Shown here one piece after another: positions 63,990 to 64,000 of a stretch of 64,000 nucleotides of DNA; the stretch's first letter is position 1; each line of letters begins with the position of its first letter. Position numbers and translations under genes: made by a program. Below the pieces are notes generated by a model. It saw nothing but the letters and a program-made list of their open reading frames with translations, was not told where the DNA came from and ran no database searches. The DNA lies in assembly GCA_963727815.1 (NCBI GenBank), contig CAVSGV010000006.1:583471-647470 (forward strand), in the 5' to 3' direction. This DNA is from an uncultured bacterium (GTDB lineage Bacteria; Margulisbacteria; WOR-1; CAVSGV01).

Positions 63990-64000
63990 TCGCCCCGATC

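Overview
This 64-kb window comes from a diderm (Gram-negative-type) bacterium, with about 50-57% GC in hand-sampled housekeeping lines. I cannot assign a lineage from sequence alone. It is mostly ordinary chromosome.

Main content, in order:
- A tolC-RND-MFS efflux cluster whose tolC and RND genes are frameshifted.
- An ABC-F ATPase and a ZIP metal transporter.
- A complete kdpFABCDE potassium-uptake locus. It is preceded by a second copy of its own promoter/kdpF module driving a beta-barrel gene.
- maf-like, apt and mtnP.
- A sigma-70-family factor, and an ECF sigma / anti-sigma / Spy envelope-stress cluster.
- A tolC-macA-macB locus with macB heavily frameshifted, plus two orphan ABC-2 permeases.
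- An intact marR-MFP-RND-small protein-tolC operon.
- ppsA, an RRM RNA-binding protein, GNAT + DUF2156, and ddl-ftsQ-ftsZ with no ftsA.
- A tRNA-Gln(CUG) locus nested in repeats, with a tiny GIY-YIG cassette.
- A thioesterase / serine-hydrolase operon and two orphan paralogues.
- carA plus only the N-terminal half of carB, a secreted Cys-phosphatase, nadE, and a NifA-like sigma-54 activator.

Best candidate for an undescribed system: a low-GC (about 30-35%) two-gene cassette at 57258-59200. It encodes a TcmP-like ('three-Cys-motif partner') protein and an SplB-like Fe-S enzyme with a non-canonical CX3CX3C motif.

Other items worth a second look:
- The GIY-YIG/tRNA-Gln mosaic, with about 30-nt hairpin inserts inside tRNA fragments.
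- The duplicated KdpE-box/kdpF module.
- The out-of-frame FtsZ C-terminal peptide.
- The split carB.
- A terminator-like hairpin in the leader of the RRM gene.
- The MGN-paralogue pair.

Limits: all family assignments are from reading the translations and from memory, with no database search. GC values are hand-sampled. ORF coordinates follow the supplied track (stop codon included) unless I state a revised start.
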